5,612 nucleotides of DNA. Origin: an uncultured Gammaproteobacteria bacterium. GTDB taxonomy: Bacteria > Patescibacteriota > Microgenomatia > Daviesbacterales > UBA10151. A program made the translations under genes and the position numbers. The stretch lies in NCBI GenBank assembly GCA_964522265.1, contig CAZFVS010000073.1:1-5612 (forward strand), written 5' to 3'. Each line of letters opens with the position of its first letter. Position 1 is the first letter of the stretch. Shown here piece by piece: positions 1-4,033 of the stretch. The notes under the pieces were generated by a model. The model had not been told where the DNA came from. It worked only from the letters and a program-made list of their open reading frames with translations, and made no database searches.

Positions 1-516
1 AGGGCTATAGCAGATCAGGCGAGGACCATCAGGATCCCTGTCCATATGGTTGAAACAATCAATCGCTTCAATAGAACCCAAAGGAGATTGATGCAGGAGC
101 TTGGGAGGGAGCCTACCCCGGAGGAGGTGGCAGAAGTTTTGGGTATAGACCCCTCAAAGGCGAGAGAAATAGTTAAAGTTTCTCAAGAACCGACCTCTTT
201 GGCGACCCCAGTGGGTGATGAAGATGACTCACAGCTTGGTGATTTTCTTGAGGCTCCGGGGTTGAAACCGGATGAACAGGCAACAAGGGAGCTTTTAAAG
301 GGTCAGCTTGATGAAGTACTGGATACCTTGTCTCCCAGGGAAAAACGCGTTTTGCAACTAAGATTTGGGCTTGAGGATGGCAAACAGCGAACATTGGAAG
401 AAGTAGGTAGAGAGTTTGGTGTTACCCGCGAACGTATCCGTCAGATCGAGGCTAAAGCAGTCAGAAAGCTAAAACATCCAACCAGAGCTAAGAAGTTGAG
501 GGATTATTTGGAATGA
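1..516 (+). CDS. rpoD: RNA polymerase primary sigma-70 factor, C-terminal part (5' end lies outside the window)
   Basis: Frame 1 is open from base 1 and reads [22 protein letters not shown], the hallmark region 2.4/3.0 sequence of group 1 sigma factors, so the listed ATG at 46 is internal. Region 4.2 HTH is present ([31 protein letters not shown]). Stop TGA at 514-516. Confidence 0.93.
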   Translation, partial: RAIADQARTIRIPVHMVETINRFNRTQRRLMQELGREPTPEEVAEVLGIDPSKAREIVKVSQEPTSLATPVGDEDDSQLGDFLEAPGLKPDEQATRELLKGQLDEVLDTLSPREKRVLQLRFGLEDGKQRTLEEVGREFGVTRERIRQIEAKAVRKLKHPTRAKKLRDYLE

Positions 517-517
517 A

Positions 518-1225
518 TTATATGCCGGAAACGTTAAACAGCCTGCCGATGCCATAGGTTACTGCCATGGCAATAGCTCCGCCGGTTGCAACCCTAAATA
601 TCGCGCGCAGCATCCCTGCCCCGCTTCCCAAAGCACTCAGCACTCCGGTTATTACCAGTGCGATTATGACTGAAACAAAAGCTACAGGGATTCGGATTTC
701 GGCCGGGGGAACCAAAATTAATACCAAAGGTACTATTGCGCCTACCAGAAAAGCAGCAGCTGATGCAAACGCTGCGTGCCAGGGGTTGGTTAGATTATGG
801 GGGTCAATATGAAGCTCTGCCTCGGCATGAGCTGCAAATGCATCATGTTTGGTTAACTCCTTAGCAACAATCAAGGCCGTTTTTCTTGATAGTCCTTTCC
901 GTTCGTAAATAATTGCCAGTTCTTCCAGCTCTTCTTCTGGAAATTCACGCAGTTCATGGCGTTCTTTTTTTAAAAGCGCTTTTTCAGTATCCCTGGAGCT
1001 GCTGACAGATACATATTCACCAGCAGCCATTGATATAGCGCCTGCAATAATTCCGGCTATTCCGGCTGTTAAAATTATTGACTGGGAAGTTGTGGCGCTT
1101 GCGACTCCTACCACCAGCCCTGCTATAGATACGATTCCGTCGTTCGCGCCAAGTACAGCTGCGCGCAGCCAATTAAGTTTTGCAACATTGCTTGATGAAT
1201 GAGGTTCTGTCTGTGCCGGACCCAT
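518..1225 (-). CDS. VIT1/CCC1-family membrane protein (putative Fe/Mn transporter)
   Basis: 235 aa. The N-terminal WLRAAVLGANDGIVS motif is typical of the VIT1/CCC1 (DUF125) family. It has a central acidic cytoplasmic segment (ELREFPEEELEELAIIYERKGL) and hydrophobic helices at both ends. Stop TAA (tta on +) at 518-520. Confidence 0.85.
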   Translation of the reverse strand: MGPAQTEPHSSSNVAKLNWLRAAVLGANDGIVSIAGLVVGVASATTSQSIILTAGIAGIIAGAISMAAGEYVSVSSSRDTEKALLKKERHELREFPEEELEELAIIYERKGLSRKTALIVAKELTKHDAFAAHAEAELHIDPHNLTNPWHAAFASAAAFLVGAIVPLVLILVPPAEIRIPVAFVSVIIALVITGVLSALGSGAGMLRAIFRVATGGAIAMAVTYGIGRLFNVSGI

Positions 1226-1473
1226 TTTATAAACAATAAAAATTATACCCCAGAAATGCTATTTTAGTTAGGGTGGATTTCAAGCCTACTAAATGGTAGA
1301 ATTTAAGGTACTTTAATGTTCCTCGGTAGCCATGTACCAAAAAGGTATATGGTCATGAACCGAATTACATTCAGGTTCATGGCTCAATAGTAGACCTGCC
1401 TGCCGGTAGGCAGGGCGGCTCATTCTGAACACTTTGTTTTTAAAATCAAACTATCATTCCTAGTAATAAATAC

Positions 1474-1502
1474 TTGACAATACTTAGTCCGAATTTGATA
1501 AT
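1474..1502 (+). promoter_or_regulatory. Sigma-70-type promoter for the 1509 ORF (leaderless geometry)
   Basis: TTGACA at 1474-1479, a 17-nt spacer, then GATAAT at 1497-1502. The ATG at 1509 is only 6 nt downstream of the -10 element. No Shine-Dalgarno sequence and no alternative in-frame start exist after the upstream TAG (1485-1487). Confidence 0.5.
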
Positions 1503-1508
1503 GCAAAT

Positions 1509-2195
1509 ATGGGATATGTCGGTAAATTAGAGGAAAAGATTAAAGCTCAAGTATTACGCAAAAAAGGTTTATCTTACGGTAAAATAATGCAGAGAATTCA
1601 TGTATCAAAAGATACTATTAGTAGATGGTGTCGGGATATTGAGCTCACAACAGACCAAAAAAGAAAACTTCTGAAAAATAAAATGTTTGGTCAAAAGAAA
1701 GGCTCCATCATAGCAGCTAACAACAAAAGAAGGGCAAGATTAACTAGAATAAGAAATATTTTTGAAGCAGCCAAAAAACAATTAGGTAAATTATCTAAAA
1801 GGGATCGTTTTATAACAGGCGTAGCACTTTATTCAGGTGAAGGCTACAAAAACGATGGCAAAGGGGGATTTACAAACTCAGACCCTATTTTAATTAAGTT
1901 TATGAGCAGATGGTTTCAAGAATTTTGTGATTTGCCAATGAATAAATTAAGAGGAGCCATCTGGATACACGAAGGTCTCGACCATATTGCAGCAAAGTAC
2001 TTTTGGTCTAAACTTACGGGTATTCCAGAAAAACAATTTCATAAGACCTATATAGCAAAAAATAAAAAAGATAGTAAAAAAATGAGAAAGAATATTCACC
2101 AATATGGTGTTTTTGCGATCCGCTTTAGTGATAGCGATAAGCAAAGAAGAATAATAGGCTGGATTTCAGCCTTGTTAGGTGGTAGAATTCCGTAA
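1509..2195 (+). CDS. Hypothetical protein: N-terminal HTH plus LAGLIDADG-like (homing-endonuclease-like) core
   Basis: 228 aa, lysine-rich and AT-rich. The N-terminus LRKKGLSYGKIMQRIHVSKDTISRWCRDI resembles a resolvase/transposase-type HTH. The central FITGVALYSGEGYKNDGKGGFTNSDPILIKFMSRWF resembles a degenerate LAGLIDADG helix (GEG in place of GDG) followed by a beta-hairpin and helix. The domain call is by eye only. Confidence 0.6.
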   Translation: MGYVGKLEEKIKAQVLRKKGLSYGKIMQRIHVSKDTISRWCRDIELTTDQKRKLLKNKMFGQKKGSIIAANNKRRARLTRIRNIFEAAKKQLGKLSKRDRFITGVALYSGEGYKNDGKGGFTNSDPILIKFMSRWFQEFCDLPMNKLRGAIWIHEGLDHIAAKYFWSKLTGIPEKQFHKTYIAKNKKDSKKMRKNIHQYGVFAIRFSDSDKQRRIIGWISALLGGRIP

Positions 2196-2207
2196 GTACA
2201 TTAACAA

Positions 2208-2544
2208 TCCTCGATAGCTCAACGGTAGAGCGGCTCGCTGTAAAAGTATTGCAGCTTTTAATGGAAACATTAATTGAAAAACCGGGTAAATTGCCATCCG
2301 TCGCATAAAGCTATGGATGGTCCTCCGGAAATTTATTAAAGGAGGATCGGGAAGCCTAATTGCAAAAATGTTTGCATATGGTAATCCGCAGCCACTCCCA
2401 AAACAAATGGGAAGGTTCAGAGACTAAAAATCCGATTACTAAATTCGTCAAAAAACGAACAAGTAAATGAGATAGTCCACCCCTTAAGGAAACTTTAGGA
2501 TTAGTGTAACGAGAAGGTTCCTGGTTCGAATCCAGGTCGAGGAG
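2208..2544 (+). tRNA. tRNA-Asn(GUU), interrupted by a group I intron in the anticodon
   Basis: Exon 1, 2208-2241: TCCTCGA TA GCTC AACGGTA GAGC G GCTCG CTGT. Exon 2, 2507-2544: TAA CGAGA AGGTT CCTGG TTCGAAT CCAGG TCGAGGA G. Joined, they give a 72-nt cloverleaf with a 7-bp acceptor stem (U1:A72), 4-bp D stem, U8, A14, G18G19, anticodon loop CUGUUAA, 5-nt variable loop, T-loop TTCGAAT with G53:C61, and discriminator G. The one irregularity is G27/A43. CCA is not encoded. As I recall, U1:A72 with G73 matches bacterial tRNA-Asn (E. coli tRNA-Asn starts UCCUCUG). Confidence 0.9.
2242..2506 (+). ncRNA. Group I intron (IC3-like core), 265 nt, no internal ORF
   Basis: P1: exon GCUGU (2237-2241) pairs with intron GCAGC (2251-2255), ending in the canonical U-G wobble at the 5' splice site. 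The last intron base is G (2506, omega-G). P2 hairpin TTAATG-GAAA-CATTAA at 2258-2273. The CCTAA-[TGCAAA..TTTGCA]-TATGG-TAA-TCCGCAGCC block (2355-2392) and GGTTCAGAGACTA (2413-2425) closely resemble the cores of the Azoarcus tRNA-Ile and Anabaena tRNA-Leu introns as I remember them. P7 is GACTA (2421-2425) with TAGTC (2473-2477). Extended P8 hairpin at 2435-2466. P9 is CCTTAAG-GAAA-CTTTAGG at 2482-2499. Confidence 0.88.
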
Positions 2545-2549
2545 CTAGC

Positions 2550-2578
2550 AAAATTCCGCCCTTTTGTGGCGGAATTTT
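2550..2578. terminator. Bidirectional intrinsic terminator hairpin
   Basis: AAAATTCCGCC (2550-2560), loop CTTTTGT, then GGCGGAATTTT (2568-2578). This is a perfect 11-bp stem with a GC core, an A-tract on one side and a T-tract on the other. It can therefore terminate both the + strand tRNA transcript and the convergent - strand unit ending at 2750. Confidence 0.7.
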
Positions 2579-2749
2579 GGTAACTTTTCGGGAAGAGATT
2601 CGTACCGCGCCCCATGAAACGGGAAGCTGTTCGCTCAATTTCTGAAAGAAATTGGGTATATAATCTTGGCCGAGGAGACAAACCCTGTTATTATATTCGT
2701 AGAATACACAAATTTACCTCGAGATAACCGCAAAAGGAAAGGTGTCAAC

Positions 2750-3205
2750 CTAAGTCAAATGGAAGGTGGTATGCTTCGAATGGAAGGTGGTATGCTTCGA
2801 GGTGGTATGCTTCGCTAATGGACTAGTTAATTCTGCTTGGTTTGAAGATTTATCGTTTTTCATCTTAAAAAGTTTGATTACTACCCCAATAAATGCGATT
2901 AGATGAATGACTTTAGATACATTTAAAAGAATAATGATTGGGCTTCCGTAGGCAAGGGAGTTGTTTACTTGAATGGCTGTAAATACGGTAAGAACAATTT
3001 CTGAAGAAGCAAGCATTATTGATAAAAATTTTGCTTCTTTCCATAAGCGGATTGTTGCCAGAATAGTAAATATTATTGTTACTAATCCTGAGAGAGCAAC
3101 TAGAATACTTGGTGAAACGAAATTCCCATTATCATCCGTACCTGATGCGATAACTGATAATAGATACGATCCAATTCCGATAATTGCGATTGTTCTATTT
3201 TTCAT
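2750..3205 (-). CDS. Small integral membrane protein (about 4 TM helices), unknown function, repeat-containing C-terminal tail
   Basis: 151 aa with four hydrophobic stretches (IAIIGIGSYLLSVIA, ILVALSGLVTIIFTILATI, IMLASSEIVLTVFTAI, IIILLNVSKVIHLIAFIGVVI). The hydrophilic tail is AKHTT-SKHTTFH-SKHTTFH-LT. I recognise no family. No clear SD precedes the ATG. Confidence 0.6.
   Translation of the reverse strand: MKNRTIAIIGIGSYLLSVIASGTDDNGNFVSPSILVALSGLVTIIFTILATIRLWKEAKFLSIMLASSEIVLTVFTAIQVNNSLAYGSPIIILLNVSKVIHLIAFIGVVIKLFKMKNDKSSNQAELTSPLAKHTTSKHTTFHSKHTTFHLT
2759..2814. repeat. 21-nt tandem repeat, 2 full copies plus a 14-nt partial copy
   Basis: ATGGAAGGTGGTATGCTTCGA at 2759-2779 and 2780-2800 are identical. 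GGTGGTATGCTTCG at 2801-2814 matches unit positions 7-20. The repeat is in frame on the minus strand and encodes SKHTTFH units. Confidence 0.92.
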
Positions 3206-3310
3206 ATTAATTTTTATATTTATTAATCAAATAAAAACCCAACCATTGTAAGTAAAGTCTTTCAATCCTTCACTTCACGGTCGGGCAGTTATAAAGATAC
3301 AGGAATTATA

Positions 3311-3502
3311 TTACCCGCTCTTTTTCTGAACTTGATGTTCTTTTATAAACGAATTCAAATCCTTCTCCTCCACTCTGTAATTTCTTCCGAATTTTACTGC
3401 TTTTAATTTACCACTCCTGATGTATTGATAAACAGTCAGAATATTAAGTTTCAAAAGACTTGCAACGTCTTTTGCTGTTAAGAACACTCTAGTTATCGCC
3501 AT
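3311..3502 (-). CDS. Excisionase/MerR-type helix-turn-helix DNA-binding protein
   Basis: 63 aa. LTAKDVASLLKLNILTVYQYIRSGKLKAVKFGRNYRVEEKDLNSFI matches the typical pattern of the excisionase-family DNA-binding domain (HTH_17-like). Confidence 0.8.
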   Translation of the reverse strand: MAITRVFLTAKDVASLLKLNILTVYQYIRSGKLKAVKFGRNYRVEEKDLNSFIKEHQVQKKSG

Positions 3503-3658
3503 AATATAAATTACTATACACCATATTTATCTTTATTTAGCTATGGTTATTAGTAGTAATTAGATATTGAGTATAGCATATAATATATCAAAAAGCTACA
3601 AGGAGAAGCTGGTCTGTCAGTCCCTTTTTCTCTACCCTAGGCATAGGTAGTAAAAAGT

Positions 3659-3877
3659 ATGCCAGTATCCTCAATTCATGCAAAGTTTGGCAAAAGAATT
3701 CAGTTACTCCGAAAACAAAAGGGTTTAACGCAAGAGGATTTAGCAGATCTTGTAGGTGTTGATAGAAGCTATATGGGGTTTGTGGAAAGGGGAGAGCGAA
3801 ATCCGACGCTTGATAAGATTACAAAAATTGCTAAAGCAGTCAAAATTACGCTATCCGCACTTTTTCAGGGTGTGTAG
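3659..3877 (+). CDS. XRE/Cro-CI family transcriptional regulator
   Basis: 72 aa. FGKRIQLLRKQKGLTQEDLADLVGVDRSYMGFVERGERNPTLDKITKIAKAV is a textbook HTH_3 (XRE) domain. Stop TAG at 3875-3877. Confidence 0.9.
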   Translation: MPVSSIHAKFGKRIQLLRKQKGLTQEDLADLVGVDRSYMGFVERGERNPTLDKITKIAKAVKITLSALFQGV

Positions 3878-3892
3878 TTTACCCGAAATGTC
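3876..3892 (+). repeat. 17-bp direct repeat, copy 1 (AGTTTACCCGAAATGTC)
   Basis: Identical to 5482-5498. It overlaps the last 2 nt of the XRE stop codon. The flanking bases differ on both sides, so the repeat is exactly 17 bp. Confidence 0.9.
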
Positions 3893-3946
3893 AATTTACT
3901 CTGACGAGAGAAACGTCCTTTCTGTAAAAGAGTTTAGGCTATTTTT

Positions 3947-3975
3947 AGGCTCTAAATAACCTAATTTTAGAGCCT
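3947..3975 (+). promoter_or_regulatory. Perfect 10-bp inverted repeat (possible XRE terminator or protein-binding site)
   Basis: AGGCTCTAAA (3947-3956), 9-nt loop, TTTAGAGCCT (3966-3975). There is no clean T-tract after it, so a terminator role is uncertain. TTAGGCT also occurs as a direct repeat at 3933-3939 and 3945-3951. Confidence 0.4.
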
Positions 3976-3994
3976 TATGTATTGTAATGCATAA
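3975..3994 (+). promoter_or_regulatory. Imperfect 20-bp palindrome just upstream of the ATPase promoter (candidate operator)
   Basis: TTATGTATTGTAATGCATAA has 8 of 10 symmetric positions complementary. It ends 4 nt before the -35 element at 3999. The assignment to the adjacent XRE protein is inference. Confidence 0.3.
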
Positions 3995-3998
3995 GAAA

Positions 3999-4027
3999 TT
4001 GCATAAACTGATTTTTTCTACTATAAT
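3999..4027 (+). promoter_or_regulatory. Sigma-70-type promoter for the ATPase gene (leaderless geometry)
   Basis: TTGCAT at 3999-4004, a 17-nt spacer, then TATAAT at 4022-4027. The ATG at 4034 is 6 nt downstream of the -10 element. There is no SD and no alternative start between the upstream in-frame TAA (4004-4006) and 4034. Confidence 0.55.
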
Positions 4028-4033
4028 GCTACT

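Noticed and set aside
173-812. ORFs 173..394 (-) and 567..812 (+) from the six-frame track
   Set aside because: Both lie wholly antisense inside the well-supported rpoD and VIT1 coding regions. They have no recognisable motifs and low-complexity, proline/alanine-rich translations typical of shadow frames.
1374-1420. D-arm-like string GGCTCAATAGTAGAC followed by a stem-loop, considered as a second tRNA or tRNA fragment
   Set aside because: The stem-loop is 7 bp with a 6-nt loop, not a 5-bp stem with a 7-nt anticodon loop. There is no T-arm (no GTTCGAAT-type loop) and no acceptor pairing. It is most likely a chance resemblance.
1226-1440. Manganese (yybP-ykoY) or other metal riboswitch in the minus-strand leader of the VIT1 gene
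   Set aside because: It is an attractive idea given the transporter. However, I could not find the conserved GGGGAGUAG or UUGACAUA-type elements I recall for yybP-ykoY, nor any other riboswitch core. A covariance-model scan is needed before any claim.
1947-2144. ORF 1947..2144 (-), 65 aa
   Set aside because: It is antisense within the 1509-2195 ORF. The AT-rich shadow frame has a hydrophobic, low-complexity product and no start context.
2233-2514. Alternative reading of the split tRNA as tRNA-Thr(UGU), with the intron after U33 and ending at G2504
   Set aside because: This junction also obeys the U...G rule. However, no guide sequence near the intron 5' end pairs with exon UCGCU. GCAGC (2251-2255) pairs perfectly with GCUGU ending at U35. 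U1:A72 with G73 also fits Asn identity.
2484-2681. ORF 2484..2681 (-), 65 aa
   Set aside because: It runs antisense across the intron 3' end, the tRNA 3' exon and the terminator hairpin. Those RNA features explain the sequence, so a protein here is not credible.
2973-3959. ORFs 2973..3251 (+) and 3756..3959 (+)
   Set aside because: The first is antisense to the 4-TM membrane protein ORF. The second overlaps the XRE gene out of frame and reads through its stop into the intergenic region. Neither has motifs or translation signals.
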